From NCBI RefSeq assembly GCF_000372725.1, contig NW_005202428.1, forward strand, positions 1,721,331 through 1,785,330: a stretch of DNA of 64,000 nucleotides, read 5' to 3'. Under the pieces are notes generated by a model. The model was not told the origin of the DNA. It saw nothing but the letters and a program-made list of their open reading frames with translations, and did no database searches. The DNA is from Emiliania huxleyi CCMP1516. Lineage: Eukaryota. The position numbers were made by a program, and so were the translations under genes. Numbering within the stretch: position 1 is the stretch's first letter; every line of letters starts with the position of its first letter. Positions 12,002 through 23,900 of this stretch are shown piece after piece.

Positions 12002-13148
12002 TGTGTGTGTGTGGACATACAGAGGTGTGGACAGTGCGGTACACGTGAGACATTGCAGCCCCGGGGCGGCGGCGGGAGCGCCGCCAGTGGCTAGCAGGGC
12101 TGGGCGCGCGAGCGTGAGCGGACAGTGTGAGGGCGAGTCCCGTCGCGGGCTAGCCCGCGCAGCCCAGCAGCAGCACTGACAGCACGTATCGGAACTATGA
12201 CGATGCACCACGTACCCGCTACCCCGTTTTACGCGATCTCCGTCTCTCCGATGACCTCTACGGCTCTACTACGCTAATTTGCACGCACTAAACGCGAGCG
12301 CCGACTCACTAGACACTACTGGAGTTGCAACACGTTTGAGCTTCTCCGGTAAACCTGTGCGCCCTCGGTAGAGGCCGAAGGAGCACAGTACAGGTGCTTG
12401 CCGCCAATTCTTTCCTTGGCGTCTTTTCGTGCGAGCTGCCGAGCTGATTCACGGCAGCATTTGCGAGGGGTGGTACGTATAAGGGTCACGATTGATCCTC
12501 CACGCGACGTCGGACTCGCGCAAAGACTCAGTATCAGCCTTCTGAGATCCCCGCCGCCTGCGGCCCTTCCACCAGATCCTGATGCGGCCGGGCCTCTTGT
12601 TGGTCTTGGGGACTGGCCGGTCGCGAGAGGGATCATCCACGATTCGCAAGGCCGTCGCCTGCAGCCAGTTGATCTTGCCGTGCCGGCGGTTGAGCTCCCG
12701 TCTCCAGCGCCGCTCGTACCGCTCCTCGAGCCCGCTGGACCGGATTGAAGCAAATCCGCCGCCAGTGCGCTGGGCCAACCGAGCCCTCGCAGACGCTGCC
12801 ACGCTGGTCGGTGGGAGGGTTCGGTGCATTGCGATGCTAGCAGTCGTCAGAAAAAATCAAGCCCGCATGGTCTCAGCGTGCGGCCACCACAGGCCCGGCC
12901 GTCCCCATAGTAGATTCGCGACACAGAGAGTTCTGTGCTATACCTCCAAACGAGATGCCGCCCCCGTCCTTCCCCGGAAGGTGAAGACTGGTGCCCCGGG
13001 GGCGTCGCAGACCTCGCAGTCCGGCAGCCTCTATAGTACAAGTTTCCTATTCAAGCATCGCAGTCCCCGAGCTGAGCCTCGCAGTCCGCCCCTCGGGGAG
13101 TGGGGCAGCTGCCCCGCCCCTGCCGTGGAGGCGGGGGCGGGGTAGGCG

Positions 13149-13775
13149 ATGGACGCGACCTGCGGGGCCACCGTGGGCTCCGCGGGCGCACAGCCAGCAC
13201 CGGCGCCGGCACCGGCGCGGCCAAGCACCTGTCCACCTGCATGGAGCGGCGTGCGGTGCGGCGACAGGCGACGCGTACACTACCCTTTCAATTGCATCGG
13301 CGCTGCATGCGTGGAGAGGGGCGGTGCCAGCGGCTGCACTCGGCACGACGTGGGAACTTTGGCCCAGCCCTACGTCGACGCCCAGTGCCGGACGCCGCGC
13401 CAGCAGTGGCAGCACATGTGCGTCGCGTGCGACGACGAGCCGAGCAACGCCTGGCGGCAGCAGGCGGAGGCGGAGCGGGCGGCGGAGGCGGCGGCGCGGT
13501 CGGCAGCGCCAGGCGCCGCGGTTGCGGCACCCACCGGCACCAGCGACGACCTCGACGCCCTCGACGACGACATGATGGACAGGGCTCTCAAGGCGGCAGA
13601 GGCGGCAAAGGCGGGCGGCGCGCCACCCGTCTCTCAGAGACTGTGTCTTGTGAGCTTGTTTGTGTCTGTGTGTCGCTCGTGCGTGTCGTCATCATCTGTC
13701 CAGCGTCCACCCATACCGCGTCGGTGTCCAGTCCGAACTGTTCTTCCCCTTGTCTGTCTATTGGTAGGGAGGTGA
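13149..13775 (+). CDS. Small hypothetical ORF with Cys/His motifs
   Basis: ATG start; NCIGAAC...HMCVAC followed by an acidic Ala-rich helix. No family recognised. Confidence 0.3.
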   Translation: MDATCGATVGSAGAQPAPAPAPARPSTCPPAWSGVRCGDRRRVHYPFNCIGAACVERGGASGCTRHDVGTLAQPYVDAQCRTPRQQWQHMCVACDDEPSNAWRQQAEAERAAEAAARSAAPGAAVAAPTGTSDDLDALDDDMMDRALKAAEAAKAGGAPPVSQRLCLVSLFVSVCRSCVSSSSVQRPPIPRRCPVRTVLPLVCLLVGR

Positions 13776-13934
13776 TGAGGAGTCAGGTGTGCTAGTCGCT
13801 ACAGTCGGACGGTTCCGGGCTCGAGTGAGGGCCGCGGTCGCGGTCGCGCGGCTCGCCAGAATGTTTTTTCAAGCGTTGTGTCATCGTGTAAGTAGGGCTG
13901 CCGCCGGGCGTGATCTCGAATAAAATAAATAACT

Positions 13935-14025
13935 AAAACGGACACACCAAACAAGGGGTGGGAGAAGGACAGGGTCCCCACCTGCACGAGCAGGATCTTG
14001 TAAGGAAGATTAGGGACACAGGGGA
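13935..14025 (-). repeat. Dispersed repeat family A, 3' fragment (inverted)
   Basis: Reverse complement matches ~3704-3790 (ATCCTGCTCGTGCAGGTGGGGACCCTGTCC...). Confidence 0.8.
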
Positions 14026-15239
14026 ACGGGAGCGGGGAGCGCATCGCGACACGGAGGGGGGCTGGGCAGGGTTCACCCACACGACAGGGTCCCAGGGATT
14101 CCCAAATAAATAAATAAATTCTTGCATTTTTGCTCCCGGCTGAGGGAGCAAGCAAGCCCACTCAACCCCAAGTACTCACCGTTTTACAGTGGTGTTTTTT
14201 CCACATCGGCTGCAGCCTCTGCTGGGGCGGAACGCGCGGGGTTTTCGGCGCGATGCCCTCGGCGAGTACACGCTACTGCTCTGCCGCAAGCTCTCCTGCG
14301 CGCGCGTGACGTGTGGGACGCGTGCGCTGCGCTCAAACGTCGCGATTTGGCGATAGGCGCTCGAGCCGGCGCACAGCGGATAGGTGCGCCGCGCAGGGGG
14401 GGTCGGAGGTGTGAGAGAGGGGGCGTGGGTCGGGCGCGCACCGGCTGGCTCCGGGAGCGGCCGTCACGTCGAGGAGTGGGGCTGTCGGCGGCTCGAGCGC
14501 CGAGGCGAGCTGCTCTGCTGCGCCGCCGACAGCCCCTCTTCCGAGCCGGCGAGTGGAGGCGAGCCGCGGCCGGTGTCGCTGGTGCGGTGGCGGCGAGGGT
14601 TCATCGCCCGGCAGCGAGAGCGCCCTCACTCAAACCACCGGTGTGGAGGGGGGGGGGGGGGGCTGTCGGCGGCCGGTGTGGCTCTAGGCGCGCCTACGCT
14701 GCGCCGCCGCGAGCCTCACTGCCGATCCGGCGCCTGGCGGCGGGGGCGAGCCGCGAACAATCGTCGCTGGTGGTGGTGGTGCGGCGGCGGCGGCTCGCCC
14801 TTCACTCCAGCCGCGGCTCCGTTCCCGCCGCCGCCCACCGCACCTACCACACGCCGCCGAGCAGGCACCCGGCTCAGGGTGGAGTCGGTCGGGCCGTCGG
14901 TGCCGGAGCGGCGGCAGTCCATCGTGCACGTGCACGGCGCCTTTGCGCGCCGCGTTGCGGGGCGAGGCGCGCTTGGCGGAGCGTGTGGTGCGTGGAGAGG
15001 CGTGTGTTGTGGGGCTGTCTGTCCGCTGTGCTGGCTGCAGCCACAGCCTGCAGCTTCGGTGTTTGTGTAAGTCAACTTGTGCGGCTGGTCGCCTTTTGGC
15101 ACTGGTGTGTGGCGTCCTGTCTTTCTTGACGTCTAGCGGAACCACCGTGAAGTTCTCCCGCAGGGTTGATCTAGGTGTGAACAACATCTCGCGCTCAAAT
15201 CTCCGACTGGTCGTTGCACATCCCATCCCATCCCATCCC

Positions 15240-17123
15240 ATGCGCCGCACGCCGCAAGAGGTGCGTCGCCTTCAAGGCCAGAGAGTCGCGTTGCGCGACC
15301 TCGCGAGCCGTACCGAGCTCAACGGTAAGGTGGGCCGTCTCGCGGGAGTTGACGGTGAGCGGTGGAAGGTGGAGCTGGACGGCAGCGGCGAGGTGGTGAA
15401 GGCTCGCGAGCGCAATCTGGAGCTGACGGGCCTCGCGGAGACCGCCTCGCTCGCTGCCGCGCTCGACGACAAGCCGTATGAGTCGTACAAATTGCCGCCG
15501 CTGCACCTCCCTCGCTACCACCATTATGTGCGAGCGGAGGCGAATGGACGCCGCGAGCCGACGCTCGAGGACGTGTGTCTGCTCGAGTACGAAAAGTTCG
15601 ACGACGGCAGCAAGCTGTGGCCGGTGCTGGAGAAGGAGAGGGAATGGGACCTCGAGGCGCGCCTCCACGACTTCCTGCTCGCCGACGCCTACGAGCCGCC
15701 GAAGGGAGAGGAGCTCAACCGCAAGGCGCCGCTCGCGGCAAAGGCGGCGCGGCGCAAGCGGCGGGAGAGGCTCGAGTACTTCCTCTCGAGCGAGAAGCTC
15801 CGCGAGCAGATGCTGGAGATGGAGGCGCAGGAGAAGGCCGACCTGCAGCGCGCGCGAAAGGCGAAGAACAAGGCCGACCAGACGGCGCGCGACAAGGAGG
15901 CGCACGCGCACTTCCAGCGCATCACCGTCCACCTCGGCTCCGGCACGCACGCGCCCAACGTCGGCGGTGACATCCAGGAGGAGCTCCGCGCGATCCAGCG
16001 GCGCGACGAGCGGGTGCGCACACCCCCGCTCTCACCTCCACCCCTCCCACCCGCACCGACCCTCCACGCCGCGCACGCTCAGGAGGGCCGGCGCGCCTTT
16101 TCTTTCAAGGAGAATTTTAACATCGCGCGCGACGGCCGGAAGGAGGCGGGGAAGCTCGAGCAGCTCTACATCAAGCACTGCATGCCCGCCATCTCCCTTT
16201 GGCCGAGCGTCGCGTGGCCGACGTACTCCCACGCCTCGCGCTTCGACCACTGGTACACGACCAAGGAGCTCCGCACCTGCCGCCTCTGCTTCGCCCTCAC
16301 CGCGCAGAAGATGGACGCCGAGGTGCACGCGGTCCTCCTCGCGTCGCTGCACGCGCGGCTGCGCCTCGAGGAGACCATCCCGGATGACAAGTGCGACGAC
16401 TTCATCGACGGCCTCGTCGAGAAGGGCGAGTACGGCACCGCCGCGGACGAGGTCAACTTCGAGTCGTCCGAGCAGCGCCGCTTCATCGAGGAGAAGTTGA
16501 AGAGCGACCTCCGAGAGAGCCGCGCGGAGCGCGGCTGGCTGTGCGGCTGCAAGATGCGCTACCCGATCTGGCGCGAGGGCGGCGCCTACGGCGGCTGCCG
16601 CGACTGCTTCGACGCGCAGCTCGTTCAGATGATAGACACGCGCGCCCTCGGCGCCGACGACCCGCGCAAGAAGGCGTGGGTCGACGCGCGCACCTACGAG
16701 TGGGACGTCCACTACTTCTACCCGATGGCGGACGCGGCGGCGCGAGAGTTGATGCGGAGCGGCTCTTTCACCGAGACGCACAAGCAGGAGCTTAGGCAGC
16801 GGCTGCGTGCCGCGCGCGCGGCGGATGCGGCGGCAGGGTCGGAGGCCGAGGCGGTGGCTGAGGCGGCAGAGAGGGCGGCGAGGGAGAAGGCGCTGGCGGA
16901 GGCGGCAGGTTGGGCGGCGGCGGCGGCGGCTGAGAGCGCGGGGATCGACGACGCCTCGCTGCCGTCGGCAGCCGCAAGCGTGGCCGCCACGCCGGGCGCC
17001 TTTGCCTCTCGCGTGTGCGCCGACCCCGATTGCGCGGACTGCGCGGCGGAGTTTGAGTGTGTGGCGTGCATGGAGGAGGACGGCGAGGAGCCGTGCGAGG
17101 ATGAGGGCGGCGTGCTGGTGTGA
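15240..17123 (+). CDS. Accessory ORF of the Helitron-like element: SH3-like N-terminal module, coiled coil, several CxxC pairs
   Basis: GQRVALRDL..RTELNGKVG...RWKVELDG....KARERNL module; CRLC, CGC..GCRDC, CADPDCADC..CVAC. Probable in-frame GT-AG intron at 16014-16082. Confidence 0.65.
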   Translation: MRRTPQEVRRLQGQRVALRDLASRTELNGKVGRLAGVDGERWKVELDGSGEVVKARERNLELTGLAETASLAAALDDKPYESYKLPPLHLPRYHHYVRAEANGRREPTLEDVCLLEYEKFDDGSKLWPVLEKEREWDLEARLHDFLLADAYEPPKGEELNRKAPLAAKAARRKRRERLEYFLSSEKLREQMLEMEAQEKADLQRARKAKNKADQTARDKEAHAHFQRITVHLGSGTHAPNVGGDIQEELRAIQRRDERVRTPPLSPPPLPPAPTLHAAHAQEGRRAFSFKENFNIARDGRKEAGKLEQLYIKHCMPAISLWPSVAWPTYSHASRFDHWYTTKELRTCRLCFALTAQKMDAEVHAVLLASLHARLRLEETIPDDKCDDFIDGLVEKGEYGTAADEVNFESSEQRRFIEEKLKSDLRESRAERGWLCGCKMRYPIWREGGAYGGCRDCFDAQLVQMIDTRALGADDPRKKAWVDARTYEWDVHYFYPMADAAARELMRSGSFTETHKQELRQRLRAARAADAAAGSEAEAVAEAAERAAREKALAEAAGWAAAAAAESAGIDDASLPSAAASVAATPGAFASRVCADPDCADCAAEFECVACMEEDGEEPCEDEGGVLV

Positions 17124-17348
17124 GTGTGTGAGAGGGCTGGCTCGTGGCTGAGTGTGACCTTCGGTCCTCGCTCTCGGTCGCGCGCGGAGTCTGGATTGTC
17201 GCCAGTCGCGAGTGCGCGGGTACGCGTGTGCGTGCGGGTCGGCGTGTGTGTGCATGTGTGCGTGTGGACGCGTGCATTCTCTTTGCGAACACAAGATACA
17301 CCACACTCTAGCTGTCGCACTGACTGTGACTCACAGTCTGTGTGATGA

Positions 17349-17797
17349 ACGCACACGCACGCATGAGGTCTACCGATGCACAGTACATTCGCGCCACCAA
17401 GGACCGCGCGGCACGCACGCGCAGTTGCTGGCCTCGAGGCGCGGTTCCTTGCGCGGCATGCCCTGTGTGTCAGCGCTTCGTCTCGGAGCCGCTCGACTGT
17501 ACGAGAGTCGGGCTCCGGCCCTCGGTGCCACGGCAGCGACGGCGCGCTCGGCGGAGCGCTGCGAGGCGGGTGGCGGTGCGGCGGCTGCTGCTGATGCTCC
17601 TGCCGCGCAGAGCCGTCGTGCCGGCGAGAGGTGGCACACAGCTCGAAGGCGGCGTCGGCGACCGCCGCGCTGGCTCTCTCTCCTCGGCAGACGCCGCTTC
17701 GCGTCTCGGCGGCGGCAGCTGCTTCGCCGCGAGAGCGAGGCGACGTACTCGCCTCCGCTCTCGCGGCAGCAGCAAGGAGCGAACGCGCTGGCAGAGC
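17349..17797 (+). repeat. Long direct repeat DR1 (~445 bp), upstream of the Rep-helicase
   Basis: Collinear with 27937-28376, with scattered substitutions and small indels. Confidence 0.92.
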
Positions 17798-17991
17798 GCT
17801 GGGCTGGTCGAGGAAGGCGAACCCGAAGGTCTGTTTTTCCTTTTTTGTCTGAATCGCTTATCCGGGCTGATGAAATAACATCAACCGTTCTGACCTCACG
17901 TTACTTCAAAACCTGTAACGTCGACCAGGCACGAACGCAGCGACCAGGCGCGAACGCAGCGACCATCCGAGCGAATCTTTCCGTCGCTGGC

Positions 17992-20900
17992 ATGCATGTC
18001 GACAGAGTTGAGCCATTCGCAGGCGGTTTGAGAGTGTACTTTACGGAGAATGGCGTGCAGCGTCATCAGGCCTACTCGCGGTTCGCCGGTCGCTCACTCT
18101 CCGTGGAGCAGCAAGCTGCACTAGATGCGGCAGTGTCGGCGATCCGAGGAGTGGCGGCGATCCGAGGCAGTGGCGGCGGAGGAGGTGGCGGCGGCAATCG
18201 TCGCGGCGGTGGCGGCGGCAGTGGCGGCGGCAGTGGCGGCGGCGGCGCCGCCGACAGAGGCAGAGGCGGCGGCAGAGGCAGAGGCGGCGGCGGCAGCGAC
18301 GGCGTAGGTGGCGGCGGCGGCGGCGTGGGCGAGGCGGGTGACGACGACGCGGCGCACGAGCTGCTGCTTCCGGGCGACGACGCGGCGCGCGAGGTGCTCG
18401 GTCGGGCGAACCGGGCGACGGGCTTCGAGTTTTCAGAGCCAGCCCGAGCTGTCGAGCGCGTCCTCGCTGAGGCGGCCGACGAGCTTGCTGCGGAGGTGTC
18501 CGACGCGGTGCGCGCGGCCACCGTCTGCATTGTCGACACGGGCTTCGTCACGCCGGGGGATACAGAGAGGATTTTCGGCGATATGCGTGACACGACCAAC
18601 CTGTCCAAGCCACTCCATGCGTGCGCCGGCTGTGGCGTCCGCCACCCGCAGCGGCCCTGCCGAGCCGTCCGCCTCTCCCAGCTCGACGTGCTCGAGGCTG
18701 AAGACGGCCTTTCTTGCCTCGCCTTTGATCAGCCGGACGAGGAGGAGCTCGCCGCCCTGCCGTCCGTCCAACTCTTGGGCGCCGACGGCTTGGCGCGAGA
18801 GCCGGTCTGGCTCGGCCAGGCCAGGGCCTTCTATCCTAGCGGCGAACCTGACCGAACCTCGTCGCAGCTTTGGCGGCGGCACCGATGGCACCTGCACCCC
18901 AACCTTGTCGAGGAGGTGCTGGATGACACGGGCGAGGTGGTGGACGCCGAGGCGAGGCTGTGCTCGACGTGCGAGGCGGCGGCGAGGTCGCCCACGGGCT
19001 CCCTCACCGTTGACGCGGTGAGAGCGCTGCGCCCGCGCCGCTCGCTCATGGGCGGCGTCGACTTTGGCGGCATGGACAAGCTCGGCATGGACGAGACGCC
19101 CTCGGCAGTCGAGCAGATGATGCTAGCCGATGAGCGCTTATACGGCGTTTTGGTGAAGGTGGTGCCGGACTCGCAGGGCGGCGGGCGCTCACAGGAAGGC
19201 GTCTACAAGTTCTCGGGGTCGATGGTGGCCTTTATGCAGCAGCGCGCCGAGGCGCTCGGGCAGATATTTTCCTCGGACAGGGTGGACGATGTGATGGCGG
19301 CCTTCCGAGTCAACTTTGTCGACGCGCACAACAAGCGCGGCGCGCTCGAGGCGCGCGCGCTGCCAAGGCTCGGGCCTTGCAGGGTGCGGCCGCACGTGCT
19401 GTACAACTACGCTCTCGTACAGTCTGCCGTCGCGACCTGGGCGCGCGATCTCGGCGTCCAGGTCAAGGGCGACTTTCCGCCGCCGGTCTGGCCCGAGGTG
19501 CAGGCTGCGGCCAAGCGCGCGAGCGATGGCATTCGCCGGACGGCGGTGCACACGACCGACGAGAGGGCCGAGCGAGCAGTCGCGGCCTCTGACTATGCCG
19601 GCACGCGTGCCAACGCCCGCTCGCCAGAGGAGGCGGCGCAGCACGACGACGGCATCGAGTGCGCCGATGGAGACATCACCTTGTCCTCGGCCGCCATCTT
19701 TAACGCCAACGACGTGCAGGACGAGACGGACCGGGCAAAGTTCCAGGCGGCGGCGGCAGCGCTCGGGTTTGCACACGCGGGCGGCGAGGCGAGCGGCGAG
19801 GCGGGCGGGGTCGCCGCTCCCGACGCTCTTGGCCAGTTTGACGAGGACCTCGTCGACCCCGGAGGTGGCGGTGGCGGCAATGGGCTGCCTAGGGGCGGTG
19901 TGGGCGGCGGCGGCGGCGTCGATGGTGGCGGCGGCGTCGATGGTGGCGGCGGCGACGGCGACGGCGATGGCGATCCGCTCGCTTCAGCAGCCGCCGCTCG
20001 CGCTGCTCCCGTCGATGGCAACGGCAGCAGCGAGGGCGGTGAGGGGCTGCCGTCGAGCGGCGGTGTCGGCGGCGGCGGCGGATGTGGTGGGCGGTCATTC
20101 GGCGACGACCTCACCAACAGGCGGCGGGGGCCTGCGTCATCGCCGCCCAAGGACCGCAGCGGGGGCGCCTCCACGGCCGGACGGCCGGACGCCGTGCTTA
20201 GAGCAGGCTTTGATGGGGGCGGTGGCGGCGGTGGGGACGGTGGCGGCGGCGGGGACGGTGGCGGCGACGGCGGTGGCGACGGCGGCGGCGGGCTTGGCAG
20301 TGGCGACAGGGGCGTCCATGTGCAGTATCAACTGGACGACCTCTCGGATAGCGACGATGGCATGTTTCCGAATTCGATGTTTCCGCCTTCGGAGAGGGGC
20401 GGGTCGGAGAGGGGCGGGTCGGAGAGGGGCGACTCGGGCTCCGGCTCCGAGGACATGTGGGAGAGCCCTCCGCGACCTCAGGCGTCGCCTCGCCCCGCGG
20501 CGCCGCAAGCCGGCCCGTCGGGCGCCGCCTCCCCGCCGGCTGCGCGCACCGTCAACGTGGGGCGCGCCAACGAGGCGACCAACGAGTTTACGGACAACGA
20601 CAAGATCATCTACGGCGCGTTCTGGCACCGCTTCATGTTTCGGCGCGGGCTGCAGGGCGTCGCGTCGGTCGACGCCATGACGGCGCAGCACCTGCTCTTC
20701 CAGTTCGACGGGCGCTTCGCTCACGACTTGATGTTCATCTACTGCCTCGCTGACCAGACGCGGCGGCACGCGGTCACGCGCTCGGTGTCGGCGCGCTGCA
20801 AGACCGGGCATGGCGCGGCGGACGAGTTCATCAGCATGGTGGCCGACTCCAGCTTCGGCGAGAAGGTCGCCGAAGCGATCCGCAACCCGCGCAGCGACGC

Positions 20901-23900
20901 GGGCTTCGAGGCGCTCGCCACGCCTCGGCCTCTCCAAGCCAGGGTCGCTCCCTCCCCGCCAACTGCTCCCTCGTGCCTCTCGTCGTAGGTGATGAAGCGC
21001 CTCCTCCCGGTGATCAGGGCGTCTGGCGCCGCCGTCCCCTGGAGCAACCTCGAGCGGGCGCACGCCATCACCAAGCTGTACGCGGGCATGCGGCGCTACG
21101 GCAGCGGCACCACCTTCTTGAGCTGGAACCTCGACGACGTCAACCACCCCACGGTCATGCGGCTCTCCGTCCGCTCCTGTGACAACACCAACTTCCCGTG
21201 CGACCCGAGCGTGCTGCTTCGCTACCTCAAGGGCGAGGACATCGACGACGAGGAGAGGCTAAACCTCGCGCAGGTCATCGCGGGGCGGGAGGACGCGACA
21301 ATCGAGGTTGCGCTCTCGGAGGTTGCGCGGCAGCGGCTGGCGAACAACAGTCCGGTCGCCGCCGCCTCCGTCTTCCACATGCTGACCGAGTCGATGATGA
21401 CGGACTTGATCGGGCTGCCGCCAAGCAAGCACGGCCCAGGGCGCTTAGGCCGCTGCTCTCGGTCGACGGAGGAGCCGCTGCAGCGCGCGCGGGGCGCGGC
21501 GGGCAAGTGCCGCAAGTGGGAGTACCAGATCGAGACGGACGGCAGGCAGTCGTTCCATATCCACGGCACCATCCACGGCGGCGCCGACACGACGGTGCTG
21601 CAGACCGCGGCGGGGATCGCGGCGTTTGAGCGAGCTGTCTGCGCCGTCCTCGACTCGCAGTACCACGCGGAGCTCGCGCCCGAGCTGCTCGCGCTGCACT
21701 CCTTCAAGCAAATCAAGGGGCTGCTTCTCGCCAGCAGAAAGGTCCGCCTCCGCCGCATTTCCGCGATCCTTTCGCCGCGCCACCTCACCCCGCCGCTGTC
21801 GGCATCGCGTAGGCCATCCACTCGCAGCCCGAGGCGAAGCTGGGCGACATTCTCACGCACGCCTCGCTCGCCACCTTGAACAAGGGCGTGCACATCCACT
21901 GCAAGACCTGCCGCAAAGGCAGGTACGGCTGCCGGCAGTGCCGGCTCGCCAAGAGGTCCGGCCACCCGGTCGCGGAGACGCGCTGCGTCGAGTGCGTGCT
22001 GCCCGCGGGCAGGGGAGCAGTGGTGGAGGGAGCCTTCGACTGGCGCTGTCCGATCTGCCACCGTTTCGACGGCGAGTCGGTCGCCAAGGCGGACCAGAAA
22101 CGGGACATCCACTTTCAGGTTCGGCTCCCGCGCCGAGACCCTGACGCCGATCCGCATAAAAGGCTCGTCGTGTACGAACTGAGGCGCCGGCAGGTGGCGG
22201 CGCAGCTGCGCGGGCGGCCCGTCTCCGGCTCCAGCGCCGAGGACCTAGCGAGGGGCGCGGGGCGGGGGGCAGCAGCGCCTCTGCTGCCGGGGCAGCGGCC
22301 GGCCGAGCCGTCGGACGACGCGCCGCCGGTGGACGTGCCCTGGACGGACGCCTCCGGCGCCGCCTGCTCTCGCCCGCTCACCGCCAGGGAGCGGCGGGCG
22401 ATCCTCGACCACTACCACGGCAGCCTCCGCACCACGTACCACGCGTCCGTCCCGTCGCGCTTGGCCGAGGGCGACTTCTGGCGGCAGTACTTTTCGGTTA
22501 AGCAGGCCGTCTTGTCTGGGGCGGCCACCCACGAGCTCTTCAAGCCGGAGCACTACGCGCCGCGCCCGCCTCCGCTGGACGCGCTGGTCCACCTGCTCGA
22601 GATGGGCCCCGACCGCGTGTCGGCTGAGCTCGACCACGCGGAGCACGTCCGGCGCGTGCGCGACGTCCTGTCGTCGCCGCTCGCGCGCTGGTTCATTGAC
22701 GGTGCGGGCTTTGTCAAGCGCGAGGAGCTCGACGAGCGGCTTGGGCGGCTCGAACGGAGCGCTCCACTCGCAGCCGCGGCGGCGGCGAGCCTCGCGTCGC
22801 TCAACTGCCAGCAGGGCGCCGTCGTCGATCACTTTCCCGGGCTGGGCGCCTGCTCCGGTAGCAACCAGGCCGCCTACCCTCTCGGCGCGGGCGGCGCGGC
22901 CAGGACGGCCGGCTTCTACCAGAGCAAATACGAGACCAAGCAGTCGGTCGCGGTGCGCGAGGTGATCCCGCAGATGGTCGACGTGAGGAAGCACGTCGAC
23001 CAGTGGCAGTCGAAGGCGGCCGACAGCGGCACGGCTGAGCGCACGGCCAAGCACTTTGCGCAGCGGCTGCTCATCACGGCGGGCGTGGAGGAGCTCTCGC
23101 CCATCGTCGCCGTCAGCCTCGTCCTCGGCCACGACTCGGGCTCAACCTCCGAGGGCGACGTCTACCTCTACGCCTGGGACGCGCTCAAGCAGCGGCGGGG
23201 GGGCGGCGCGGCGGGCGGACCAGACGACGCCAACCTCCCGCCGGAGGAGGACGACGCCGACGCGGAGGCCAGGGAGGGGCGCGGCGATCTGATGGCCGCC
23301 GCCATGCAGCACGAGGACCAGGAGCTTGTCGAGCAGGCGCTCGCGGAGGGCGGGATGGAGGGTCTCGCGCTGCTGCTGGGCGGCGACAAGGCGCCGCTCG
23401 CGTCTGGCGGCGACTTTGACTTTGTCGACACCGAGGCGGGCTCCACGACGGGCTACGCGCCGGTCTATAAGCTGGAGGACGGCAGCCGCGTGGCGATCGC
23501 ACAGTCCGTCACCTACGACCTGCGCGACCCGCGCCTCGCCGCCTTCAACCTGCTCGAGTACATCAGCTGCCTCCGCCTCAAGAAGCTGGAAAAGGGGCAG
23601 GATCGCCGCCGCGGCGGCGGCAGCGGCGGCGGCGGCGGCGGCGATGGCGGCGACGGGGACGACGAGGAGGAGGCGGAGGCGGAGGAGCCCGCCGCCGCTC
23701 CGCAGGCGCGTGCGGGGGGCGCGGGTCGGCACGGCAACGAGCTCTTTCGGCTGCTGGACGAGCACGCGCTCTCCGCGACGCACCGGCTGCTGGCGCGCTC
23801 CAAGTTTCTGATGCCCGTCCTGGCGGGCAAGCCTCCGCCGAGGGCGCCGCCCGAGCTCGGTGGCCGGCAGCCCACGCGGTCCTGGAACAAGCAGGCGCGC

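Noticed and set aside
14094..14103. AGGGATTCCC as a true 10 bp TSD of the 15 kb element
   Set aside because: Rolling-circle elements do not make TSDs, the right copy overlaps the 3' stem, and the left copy is 17 bp from the IR. Kept only as a note.
17212..17991. N-terminal 260 aa of the 1258 aa ORF
   Set aside because: It runs through non-coding DR1 from a non-ATG start; ATG 17992 is the more plausible start.
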